This document shows, in pieces, positions 1 to 8,518 of a DNA stretch of 64,000 nt. The position numbers were made by a program, and so were the translations under genes. The notes under the pieces were generated by a model. The model did no database searches and was not told where the DNA came from. It saw only the letters and a program-made list of their open reading frames with translations. Position 1 is the stretch's first letter; each line of letters begins with the position of its first letter. Origin of the DNA: a bacterium (lineage in GTDB: Bacteria; Joyebacterota; Joyebacteria; Joyebacterales; Joyebacteraceae); assembly GCA_025774935.1 (NCBI GenBank), contig JALGZK010000010.1, forward strand, positions 3,640 to 67,639, given 5' to 3'.

Positions 1-661
1 CGCTCGTCCTCGCCCCGCGGAGTCCGACCTCCTCCTGCACGGTCCCGACCCCGTAGAGCGTGTTGGGATGGGTCTTCCCTACCTTGTTCAGGACGTCGAT
101 GACCGCGGCGCACCCGATGCGATCGTCCCACGCCTTCGCGAGGTAGGCCTTCGGGTTCCCGAGGATCGTGAAGTCGGAGATCGGAACGATCGGATCTCCG
201 AGGCGCACGCCGAGCTTCTTCTGGATGTCGAACTTGCCGGCGGCTCCGACATCGATGTACATGTCCTTGAGGTCCATGACCTTCTTGCGCTCTTCGGGCG
301 TGATGATGTGCGGCGCCTTCGCCCCGGTCACGCCGACGATGTCGCCCTTGCGCGTCCGGACGAGCACGCGCTGCGCGAGCGCGGTGTGTCCCCACCAGCC
401 GCCGAGAGGCAGGAACCGGATGAACCCGTCCTTCGTGATCGACTTCACCATGAAGCCGACCTCGTCCATGTGCCCCGCGATCATGATCTTGGGAGCGTCG
501 GCCTTCCCCTGCTTCCTGGCGACCATGCTGCCGAGGCGGTCGTAGGAGATGTCGGCGACGCCCTCGAGGTGCCCCGCCATGATGTCGGCCACCTCGTCCT
601 CGAACCCGGGGACGCCGTTGGCTTCGGTCAGCTCCTTCAACAGCAGTTCCGTCTGGTCCAC
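1..661 (-). CDS. M42 family metallopeptidase (FrvX/YsdC-like aminopeptidase), C-terminus beyond window start
   Basis: Reverse-strand translation from GTG at 659-661 gives VDQTELLLKELTEANGVPGFEDEV...IMIAGHMDEVGFMV...WDDRIGCAAV, typical of M42 peptidases; AAGGAG Shine-Dalgarno just upstream on the minus strand. Absent from the ORF track because the stop lies outside the window. Confidence 0.8.
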   Translation of the reverse strand, partial: MDQTELLLKELTEANGVPGFEDEVADIMAGHLEGVADISYDRLGSMVARKQGKADAPKIMIAGHMDEVGFMVKSITKDGFIRFLPLGGWWGHTALAQRVLVRTRKGDIVGVTGAKAPHIITPEERKKVMDLKDMYIDVGAAGKFDIQKKLGVRLGDPIVPISDFTILGNPKAYLAKAWDDRIGCAAVIDVLNKVGKTHPNTLYGVGTVQEEVGLRGARTS

Positions 662-1195
662 TCGAGTCTCTCCTTGATGAGCGCGCCCGACTGCGCTTCT
701 CGCGACCCGTCCGTGAGAGGGCCCCCGAAGCCGCCGCCCGACGGCCGCGGACCTCCTGGAGCCCCGGACCGGGAAGCCCGGCGGGGCCCGCCGTGTTGTG
801 TTTCTGGCGAATTGGAGCGAGTTTAGCGGGCGGGGACCCCGGAGTCAAGGACGCGGCGGGTGAACGAGGGGCGGGAGGGTCGGGAGGGCGCGCTGGTGCG
901 CGCCGGAGTGGCCCGCAGGGGCCCGCAGGGCGTCTCGCCCCGCCTCCCCGACACGAGATCCCGGCATCCGCCCCCGGAAGTCCGGGGACCGAGCCGGGCG
1001 GGGCCTCTGGCCCGAGGCGCTGGTACGCTCCTTGCAAAACGATAATGCTTGCGGTCGGCGCGGGGAGGGGGTACAGTTAAGTGAAAGTTTACAGAATGGC
1101 CAGCGATTCCACAGAACCTGGGGTGACATCGAGTGCTTCCTATTGCGAATACTGGAGCGCCCTCGCAAGCGCGAGAGCTTGTCGGGAGCAGCGGA

Positions 1196-2212
1196 GTGGA
1201 TAGGGTCGTCAAACTCGGGCTGATAGGGGCCGGCGCCTGGGGGAAGAACCTCCTCCGGACCTTCGCGACCGCTGAGCGCGGCAGGCTCCTCGCATGCTGC
1301 GACTCCAACTGCGGCTTCCTCGAGACGCAGCTCAAGGGCTATGACGGCATCGAGGCGATGGAAGACCCTGAGGGCATCTTCTCCTCCCGTGAGATCGAGG
1401 CGGTCGTCATCGCGACGCCGGCCGTGTCCCACTTCGAGCTCGCCCGCCGCGCGCTCCTCTCGGGCAAGGACGTCTTCGTCGAGAAGCCGATGACGCTCTC
1501 GCTCGACGACGCGAAGGAGCTGGTGGCGCTGGCGGAGGCCGAGAAGCGCATCATCATGGTCGGTCACCTGCTCGTATACCACCCCGGCGTCGTCATGATG
1601 AAGGACCTCCTCGACCGGGGCGAGCTGGGCGATCCGTACTACCTCTACTCCGAGCGCGTCAACCTCGGCAAGATCCGCGAGGACGAGAACGCACTCTGGA
1701 GTTTCGCACCCCACGACATTTCGATTATCCTCTACCTCTTGGACGAGGAGCCGCTCGAGGTCGCCGCGTACGGCGCGGCGTACATCCGGGAGAAGATCGA
1801 GGACGTCGCGTTCCTCTGGATGCGGTTCGCGGGCAACAGGATGGCCCAGGTACACGTCTCCTGGCTCGACCCCCACAAGATCCGCCGCACGACGCTCGTC
1901 GGGAGCAAGAAGATGGTCGTCTTCGACGACATGGCGCCGTCGGAGAAGATCCGGATCTACGACAAGGGAGTCGAGCCGAACGGGCGAACCGTCGGCTACG
2001 CGGAGTCGTTCACGTTGAGGTTCGGCGAGGTGACGGTGCCGGCCCTCAAGATGAGCGAGCCGCTCAGACTGGAGTGCGACCACTTCATCGAGTGCGTGCT
2101 GACCCGCGAGAACCCTCGGTCCGACGGACACGACGGGCTCAGGGTGGTGAAGGTGCTCGACGCCGCCCAGAAGTCCCTCGAGTCGGGCGGCACCCCCGTA
2201 GCGCTGCGCTAG
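1196..2212 (+). CDS. Gfo/Idh/MocA family NAD-dependent sugar oxidoreductase (WbpB-like UDP-sugar 3-dehydrogenase)
   Basis: ORF 1133..2212; N-terminal Rossmann motif KLGLIGAGAWG and the EKPMTLSLDDAKEL motif of the Gfo/Idh/MocA family. Start placed at GTG 1196 (GGGAG upstream); ATG 1133 is the alternative. Confidence 0.8.
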   Translation: MDRVVKLGLIGAGAWGKNLLRTFATAERGRLLACCDSNCGFLETQLKGYDGIEAMEDPEGIFSSREIEAVVIATPAVSHFELARRALLSGKDVFVEKPMTLSLDDAKELVALAEAEKRIIMVGHLLVYHPGVVMMKDLLDRGELGDPYYLYSERVNLGKIREDENALWSFAPHDISIILYLLDEEPLEVAAYGAAYIREKIEDVAFLWMRFAGNRMAQVHVSWLDPHKIRRTTLVGSKKMVVFDDMAPSEKIRIYDKGVEPNGRTVGYAESFTLRFGEVTVPALKMSEPLRLECDHFIECVLTRENPRSDGHDGLRVVKVLDAAQKSLESGGTPVALR

Positions 2213-2283
2213 CTTCCACGACGAACGACTTGCACGAGACGCGCGGGGCCGCGAGGCCCCGCGAACGGAAAGGACGACCTTCG

Positions 2284-3039
2284 ATGGAGAGGTACATCGA
2301 CCCCACGGCGACCGTAGGTGACGGGACGAGCCTGGGCTACTTCACGGTGGTCGGCGCCGACGCGCGGATCGGAGAGGGCTGCACGATCGGGCACAACGTC
2401 GTGATCCACGCGGGGACGGTGATCGGGAAGAACGTCCGGATCGACGACAACTCGGTCGTCGGGAAACTCCCGATGAAGGCCGCGCTCTCCGCGACGACCG
2501 ACGGGTCGGAGGTGGCGGGCGCGCTCATCGGCGACGGCTGTCTCATCGGCGCGTGCGTCGTCGTCTACGCGGGCTGCGTTCTCGGCGACAGGGTCCTCGT
2601 GGCCGACCTCGCGTCGGTCCGCGAGAACGTCACGATCGGCGAGTTCACGATCGTGGGGAGGGGCGTGACGGTCGAGAACCACTGCACCATCGGGCGGCGC
2701 GTGAAGCTCGAGAGCGAAGCCTACATCACCGCGTACTCGACGGTCGGCGACCGCGTCTTCGTGGCGCCGGGCGTCCTCACCTCGAACGACAACTTCATCG
2801 GGCGCACGGAGGAGCGATTCAAGCACTTCAAGGGGGTCACGGTCGAGAAGGGCGGCAGGCTCGGCGTCGGGGCGGTCATCCTGCCCGGCAAGACGGTCGG
2901 GGCGGACGCCGTCGTGGCTGCGGGGTCGGTCCTCACGTCGGACGCCCCCGCCCGGAAGATCGTCGTGGGCTCCCCGGCCAGACCGCTCAGGGACGTGCCC
3001 GACGAGCAGCTTCTCGAGAACCAGGGCTGGGACGACTAG
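2284..3039 (+). CDS. Left-handed beta-helix (hexapeptide-repeat) sugar N-acetyltransferase (WbpD-like)
   Basis: ORF 2074..3039; repeated hexapeptide units (IGEGCTIGHNVVIHAGTVIGKNVRIDDNSVVG...). Start at internal ATG 2284 (MERYIDPTATVGD) preceded by AAAGGA; the upstream 70 codons are Arg-rich and judged spurious. Confidence 0.8.
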   Translation: MERYIDPTATVGDGTSLGYFTVVGADARIGEGCTIGHNVVIHAGTVIGKNVRIDDNSVVGKLPMKAALSATTDGSEVAGALIGDGCLIGACVVVYAGCVLGDRVLVADLASVRENVTIGEFTIVGRGVTVENHCTIGRRVKLESEAYITAYSTVGDRVFVAPGVLTSNDNFIGRTEERFKHFKGVTVEKGGRLGVGAVILPGKTVGADAVVAAGSVLTSDAPARKIVVGSPARPLRDVPDEQLLENQGWDD

Positions 3040-3097
3040 AGCGCGGGACGGGGCCCAGGGGTCCGGGTCGCGCGAGCACACGTCCGCAAGAAGCGAA

Positions 3098-3132
3098 GGA
3101 GCAGGGGCGCGCCGCCCCTGCTCCTCTGTTTT
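3098..3132. terminator. Bidirectional intrinsic terminator between the convergent acetyltransferase and PEP-CTERM genes
   Basis: Perfect 12-bp stem GGAGCAGGGGCG / CGCCCCTGCTCC with a 3-nt loop, followed by TCTGTTTT on the plus strand and by TTCGCTTCTT on the minus strand. Confidence 0.7.
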
Positions 3133-3153
3133 CCACCGGATCCTGCCCCGTCT

Positions 3154-3933
3154 CTACTTCCTGCGCCTCCTCACCACGCCGACCATGCCGACGATGCCGC
3201 TCCCCAGGAGGATGAGCGTTCCGGGCTCCGGAACGACTCCAGCGCCGTCGATGCCATCGAACGTGCCGTTGAGACTGACGAGGTCGTTGCGGCACCCGAG
3301 CGTCCACTCGAGGCCAATCCCCTCGCCGATCCCGGGGTTCATGAGCAGGCTCTTCGAGATCGTCACTTCGAACACGTACGTTCCGAAGCCGTTCTCCATG
3401 AGGCCGTAGTCGTAGTAGTCGACAGTGGCCGTGCCGAGATCGACGCCGCCCGCGAAGTTCGACGGCCCGGTCTCAGCCACGAAGTGCGTGTTCGCCTGGA
3501 ACCAGTCGGTCTCTTCCGTATCGGCCACCTGTCCGGTCCCACCGTCGATGTCGACACCGAGGTCGTAGGTTCCCCCCCCCAGATCGATGGCCAGGTCACC
3601 CGGGACTACCTGCTCCCCGAGGAACTGGACTCCGTCGGGAATCGGCAGGGACGTCACGACCGCGATGTAGGCGTTGGTTGCGTCGTCATCGAAGTACATA
3701 GCCTCGATGTCGAACTGCTCACCGCCGTACGGACGTCTGCCCAGGTGTGTGCTCCAGTTGTCGTCGGCGAAGTACTCGGCCGTCTCCGATGTCGGCGTCC
3801 AGTCGTGGGTGAAGTCGCCGAATCTGTCGACGGCCAGCTCCACTCCGAACCAATCGGAGAGGAGCGCCGCCCCGGCGGGAACCGCCGAGAGCAGCAAGAG
3901 CACGCCGACGCCGAGGATCAGAAGTCGTCTCAT
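3154..3933 (-). CDS. PEP-CTERM sorting-domain protein (putative exosortase substrate)
   Basis: ORF 3154..4032; start at internal ATG (MRRLLILGVGVLLLLSAVPAGAA signal peptide) with AGGAGG about 7 nt upstream. C-terminus VPEPGTLILLGSGIVGMVGVVRRRRK is VPEP + hydrophobic helix + Arg/Lys tail; Gly/Asp/Thr-rich body. Confidence 0.85.
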   Translation of the reverse strand: MRRLLILGVGVLLLLSAVPAGAALLSDWFGVELAVDRFGDFTHDWTPTSETAEYFADDNWSTHLGRRPYGGEQFDIEAMYFDDDATNAYIAVVTSLPIPDGVQFLGEQVVPGDLAIDLGGGTYDLGVDIDGGTGQVADTEETDWFQANTHFVAETGPSNFAGGVDLGTATVDYYDYGLMENGFGTYVFEVTISKSLLMNPGIGEGIGLEWTLGCRNDLVSLNGTFDGIDGAGVVPEPGTLILLGSGIVGMVGVVRRRRK

Positions 3934-4332
3934 GGCATGCCTCCTGTGAGGAAGGACAATGGAATCATGATCATGAACGCAAAGAACACCAACGCCGCTA
4001 CTGCCACTGCTATGCCCGCTCTCATGCGTCACCTCTGGTTGCCAGCTCTTGGTGTCGGTGCACGAGGTGTTTTCCTTGACAACTTCAATAGTATCACAAG
4101 TAGCCAGCCCTTGACAAGTGCTTTTGTTGGTGCATTTGTCATTTGATGGCTAACTTGTTATCTCATGGTCTTTTACGGGGTCGTTCGGTCGTGAGGGGCT
4201 CAAGGGGCGGGGCTGGGAACCCTCAGCGGGCGGCCCCTGGGGCCCCATTCACGGTCCCCCCGGGCCCCTAACGACGTCGCCCGCGGCCGGAGGGGCGGCC
4301 GCGGGCGGGTAGCGTAGGGGTGGCTGTGCCGG

Positions 4333-6357
4333 CTACCTCAGCACCGTGATCTTCCTGGTTGCGACGGCCTCGGGCGTACGGAGCTCCGCGAGGTAGACCC
4401 CGGCGGACACCCGGTGCCCCGACTCGTCACATGCGTCCCAGGCGACCGTGTGATCGCCCGGCTGCAGGCGTCCGTAGGCCAGCTCGCGGACGACCCGCCC
4501 CGAGGTCGCGAGGATCCTGATCGCCACCCGGTCTACGCCCCCCGGCAGCGAGAACGCGAGGGTGGCCGGTCCCGGCGCCGGATTCGGGTAAGCGCTCAGG
4601 GCGAGCGTCGGCGCCGTGGCGCTCGCCATGACGATCTCCATGCTGTCGGACGGCCCGCTCTCGTTCCCGGCCGCGTCCGCGGCGGTGACCCAGTACCTGT
4701 AGGAGTACCCCTCCTCGACGCTCTCGTCGAGGAAGCTGGGTCCCGAAACCGGAGGGTCGGTGAGACAGACCGTCCGGCAAGGCGTGTCGTCCTGGGCCCG
4801 TGAACTCCTGTAGACGTAGTACCCGACCAGATCGTCCTCCTGGTTCGGCTCCCACGTGATCCGGATCCCGTTCCCCTCCTCCCACGCCAGAAGGCCCGAG
4901 GGAGCGGACGGCGGGACCAGATCGGGCCCCAGAAGCGTTACGAACTCCTGGTCCCCACCGATGTTGAGACCTCCCACCCGGTCCCAGGCGAGGACCCGGT
5001 AGTGGTACGTCGTCCCGGGCATCAGGTCCACGAGGTCCGCGCCGAACACGCAGTCGCCGGCACCGGCAGGAACGCCCGTCCGTGAAGAGCCGTACGTGGT
5101 GGTGAGCCCGTACTCGATCCAGGTCGTGCAGGGACGAGACGTGACCCAGTTCAGCCGCGCAGTCTCCTCTCCGACGGCACCGACGCCCGCTCGGATGATC
5201 CCGGGGGGATGCGTGTACGTCATCTGTCCCGTCGGAGCGATCGTCCTGAACGCGCCGACGTCTCCGCAGGTGGTGTCGCTCCCGCAGGCCGACAGGGTCA
5301 TGAACGAGTACTCCGCGTACGGGGCGACTGGCGCCACCACGACCGCGTGGTTCGTGACGAGCGTCGTGTCGATATCGGTCGAGCAGTCGAGCACCCCACC
5401 CGTGCCGTACCGGACGAGCGACGACGCCGCGCGGTCGGTGCTCCACGTGATGAGAACCGACGTTGCCGAGAGCTCTTCCACGTCGACCCCCCACATCATC
5501 GGCGGTCCGGTCGGACCCAGCTCGAGCGTCTCGAACGTCGCGTCCACGGAGCCCGCCTGCGAACCGTACGCGTCCTCAGACAGGACGCGGAAGTGGTAGA
5601 GCTCACCGTCCACGAGCCCGCTCAACGTGACCGAGTGCTCCGACACGAGCTCCTCGTCGACGGGCGTCTCCAGGCCGTACGCGCTCGTCAGGCCGTAGAG
5701 CACCTGGGAGGTGGCGGGGCGGGACGTCCGCCATGCGACCGCGGCCGTCGTCGGCGTGATGTCGGTCACCTGGACGTCAGTGATCTCGAGGGGCGCGAGC
5801 AACGTCTGGAACTCGTGGTCGCCGGACTGCGCGCTCCCGCCCTCCGCGTCCTCGGAGACGACGCGGAAGTGGTAAACGCTGCCGGACGTGAGGCCGGTCA
5901 GCTCGACGGCGTGGTCGGTCACGAGAGGCGTCCCGTGGGGAGACCAGAGCCCGTAGGACTCGGTGGGCCCGTACTCGACGCGGGAGTCGGCGGGGTGGTT
6001 CGTCTGCCACGTGACGAGGACCGAGGTCCCCGTGATCTCGGAGACCGCGACGTCGTGGATCACGAGCGAGCCGTCGAGGGTGAAGCAGATGGAGAGATCG
6101 CCGGGCGGGTAACCGGAGTCGTCGACCACGAAGCTCATGATCCCGGACTCGTCAGAGACGACCGGGCTCCCGTTGAACTCGTCGCCGTCGACCGTCACCT
6201 CGAACCCTGAGGAGGGCGCGACGCCGATCACGATCTGCGCGAGTTCCGCCCTGGAGCCGGGCTCCGCCTGGGCGGCTCCGGCCAGGAGCCCCCAGACGAG
6301 AAGGGCCGTGACCGCCGCACATGTGCCGGTCTTTTCCGCAGTAGCAGTTAGCGTCAT
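4333..6357 (-). CDS. Secreted multi-FN3-repeat protein with T9SS-type (Por/FlgD-Ig-like) C-terminal sorting domain
   Basis: 674 aa; N-terminal signal peptide ending AQA; repeated ~90-aa units containing WxT...R(V/L)xYG...Y(H/Y)FRV(L/V)SxD (purple-acid-phosphatase-N/FN3-like); last ~85 aa LSAYPNPAPGPATLAFSLP...VAIRILATSGRVVREL...GDHTVAWDACDESGHRVSAGVYLAEL...RKITVLR resembles the Por secretion tail (TIGR04183-like). Confidence 0.8.
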   Translation of the reverse strand: MTLTATAEKTGTCAAVTALLVWGLLAGAAQAEPGSRAELAQIVIGVAPSSGFEVTVDGDEFNGSPVVSDESGIMSFVVDDSGYPPGDLSICFTLDGSLVIHDVAVSEITGTSVLVTWQTNHPADSRVEYGPTESYGLWSPHGTPLVTDHAVELTGLTSGSVYHFRVVSEDAEGGSAQSGDHEFQTLLAPLEITDVQVTDITPTTAAVAWRTSRPATSQVLYGLTSAYGLETPVDEELVSEHSVTLSGLVDGELYHFRVLSEDAYGSQAGSVDATFETLELGPTGPPMMWGVDVEELSATSVLITWSTDRAASSLVRYGTGGVLDCSTDIDTTLVTNHAVVVAPVAPYAEYSFMTLSACGSDTTCGDVGAFRTIAPTGQMTYTHPPGIIRAGVGAVGEETARLNWVTSRPCTTWIEYGLTTTYGSSRTGVPAGAGDCVFGADLVDLMPGTTYHYRVLAWDRVGGLNIGGDQEFVTLLGPDLVPPSAPSGLLAWEEGNGIRITWEPNQEDDLVGYYVYRSSRAQDDTPCRTVCLTDPPVSGPSFLDESVEEGYSYRYWVTAADAAGNESGPSDSMEIVMASATAPTLALSAYPNPAPGPATLAFSLPGGVDRVAIRILATSGRVVRELAYGRLQPGDHTVAWDACDESGHRVSAGVYLAELRTPEAVATRKITVLR

Positions 6358-6751
6358 CCGATTGGGTCCCCGCCGCCGTTGGGAGTTTCACCTTCACGTC
6401 GAGATCCGCGGGGCCGGAGGCGGGTGCATAGGGGGTTGCCTGTTCGGTGGAAAACCCGGGGGCCGGCTTCGTGGGGGGGTACGTTACCGGCCCGGCGCGA
6501 CCGAGGCTTCTCGAGTGCCTCACGGTCCCCGCAGGATCTCGGCGAATCCGTAATCGCTCCTCATGTTGCACGGGATTCGCTCCCACACACCCACGACAGA
6601 TTGCACAATCTATGCCAGTTAGGAAGTAACAATGCAGGCAGGGTACCGAAAAGGGCAGGGAATGAGTGCTCCGAGGGGGCCTTGCGGGCTCGCCGGCCGA
6701 GAGGGCCGGCCCTCTCATTAATAGAGGAGCCTCGCCTGGGCACGCGCGGGG

Positions 6752-6787
6752 GCAAAGAGCGAGGGGCCCACAGCGTTCGGGCCCCTC
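6752..6787 (-). terminator. Putative intrinsic terminator downstream of the FN3 lipoprotein gene
   Basis: 9-bp stem GAGGGGCCC / GGGCCCCTC with a 9-nt loop; on the minus strand it is followed by GCTCTTTGCC, about 70 nt after the stop codon of the 6860..8473 gene. Confidence 0.45.
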
Positions 6788-6859
6788 GAATTCCTCATTC
6801 CGCCTGTCGCCTCCCCCGCTACCCGGGGGAGCTTCGTCCCGCGTGTCGGCGGCGTACCT

Positions 6860-8473
6860 CTACGGCGCCGCCGGGCGCGGCGAGCCCGAGACGGTGTTCG
6901 AGACCGCCGTCCCTCCGAACGAGTCGACGACAGCAACCTCGTACCAGTAGACGAACGAATCGACCAGGCTCTCGTGCGTGAAGAAGGTCTCCGTCCGGTC
7001 GGTCAGGCGTGCGATCACACGCTTGGTGCCCAGGTCCGGCGGGTTCGGGGGATCCTGGTCCCAGCAGAAGAGCTCGTACGCGAGGAAGTCGTCGTCCGTG
7101 TTCACCGACCATGAGAGCTCGAGGCTCGCCGAGTCAGGCGCCCACGGCTCCGCGAGCTCCACCGGCGTGGGGAGCTCGTTCTCCATCGTCGTCCCGACGA
7201 CCTCGTTGCTGATGGCCGAGAGGCCGATGTCGTCGAAGACGTAGACCGCGTAGTAGTACGTCGAGTCGGGCTCGAGACCGGTGTCCGTGAAATCGGTCAG
7301 CGTCTGGTTCGTGATGTCCGCGATGAGCTCGCGCTCGGACGACGTGTCGACCCCCGGGATGTACGACCGGTAGAGCCTGTAGCTGTCGAAGTCGCTGTCG
7401 TTGTTCCTCGTCCACGACAGCCCGATCCGCCGCTCGGAGATCGGCACAGGCGGGTTCAGGGTCACGGACGTCGGCGGGTCGAGGATCGTGACGAGTGTCT
7501 GCGCCACGACCGGCTCCGCCTGGTTTCCGACGTCGTCCGTGAAGAAGCCGCTGACCGTTCCGTCGAGAATCTCCACTCCGATCTCGATGACGTAGTCGCG
7601 CTCGTAGACTCCGTCGTTCGGAACCGTGTCCCCTCCTACGCCGTCGTCGTAGAGGGCGATGGCAATCACGACGTTCCCGATGTCGACCTCCGCCTGACCG
7701 TACAGCTCCTGCGCGTCGAGCGTGAAGTGGATCGTCTCCCCCGCGACCATGGACGCGCCCTGAGTGTCTTCCGTCACCGACTCGATCACGGCCCGGGTGT
7801 CGAGGATGATGCCGTCGCTCGCGATCGTGGAGTCGTTGTCCTCGCCGTCGCGGAATCGGGCGTAGACGTTCTTCACCCCGTCGCCTCCCTCAAGCTCCCA
7901 CGCGGACGTCGTGCGGAACGGCTGCCACTGGGCGCCGACGAGATTCTCGTTGTTCGAGAGCTGCATCAGCTGCGTGCCGGCGGCGGCGGACATCGTGAGC
8001 GTTACGTTTCGGCTGGGCGTCTTCATCTGGCCGTTGTCGATCGTCACGCCGTAGATCGCGGGCGTCGCCGTGATGGTCGACGACAGCAGGCCCTCGAGCC
8101 CGTGCGTGTTCACGGCCGAGACCGCGTATGCGTACTCCGTGCCGTTCCTCACTTCTTCGTCCGCGTAGTACGAGGTCGTCGCCGTGTTCAGGAGCTCGAG
8201 GTCCTCGGTCTCGTCCTCGATCACCTCCCACCGGTACACCATGTACTCCTCGATGTCGGTCGTGTCGCTCATCGACCAGTTCAGAGCGACGACGCGGTCC
8301 GCGATGATCGCGCCGAGATTCGAGGGCTTCCCCGGCTCCTCGGAGCCCGTGTTCGGGTTCTCGGGGTCGGCCGAGTTGTCGCGCGTTGGCGACGTGAGTT
8401 CGCCGCCGCAGCCGGCGAGGCCCACGACGAGGATGAGGGCCAGTCCGGCAGTAAGGAACCCGTGTAGTTTCAT
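6860..8473 (-). CDS. FN3-repeat lipoprotein (cell-surface protein)
   Basis: 537 aa; lipoprotein signal MKLHGFLTAGLALILVVGLAGC (lipobox LAGC); several FN3-like segments (YxYRWE, YRLYRS, YxYAV motifs); GGAGGTGA Shine-Dalgarno upstream. Confidence 0.8.
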   Translation of the reverse strand: MKLHGFLTAGLALILVVGLAGCGGELTSPTRDNSADPENPNTGSEEPGKPSNLGAIIADRVVALNWSMSDTTDIEEYMVYRWEVIEDETEDLELLNTATTSYYADEEVRNGTEYAYAVSAVNTHGLEGLLSSTITATPAIYGVTIDNGQMKTPSRNVTLTMSAAAGTQLMQLSNNENLVGAQWQPFRTTSAWELEGGDGVKNVYARFRDGEDNDSTIASDGIILDTRAVIESVTEDTQGASMVAGETIHFTLDAQELYGQAEVDIGNVVIAIALYDDGVGGDTVPNDGVYERDYVIEIGVEILDGTVSGFFTDDVGNQAEPVVAQTLVTILDPPTSVTLNPPVPISERRIGLSWTRNNDSDFDSYRLYRSYIPGVDTSSERELIADITNQTLTDFTDTGLEPDSTYYYAVYVFDDIGLSAISNEVVGTTMENELPTPVELAEPWAPDSASLELSWSVNTDDDFLAYELFCWDQDPPNPPDLGTKRVIARLTDRTETFFTHESLVDSFVYWYEVAVVDSFGGTAVSNTVSGSPRPAAP

Positions 8474-8518
8474 GCGTCACCTCCGGGCGGTTCCAGCCGC
8501 CCACGTCCAGCTCAGCGG

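Noticed and set aside
68-826. 252-aa plus-strand ORF at the window start
   Set aside because: Arg/Asp/His-rich, no motifs; it is antisense to the clearly recognisable M42 peptidase encoded on the minus strand.
3934-4332. Sigma-54 (-24/-12) promoter upstream of the PEP-CTERM gene
   Set aside because: Searched both strands for TGGCAC-N5-TTGC; only partial matches with wrong GG-GC spacing were found, so no sigma-54 promoter is claimed.
4414-6210. Several plus-strand ORFs (129-355 aa) inside the FN3/T9SS-CTD gene
   Set aside because: Arg/Gly/Pro-rich antisense translations with no motifs; the minus-strand gene has a signal peptide, repeats and a sorting domain.
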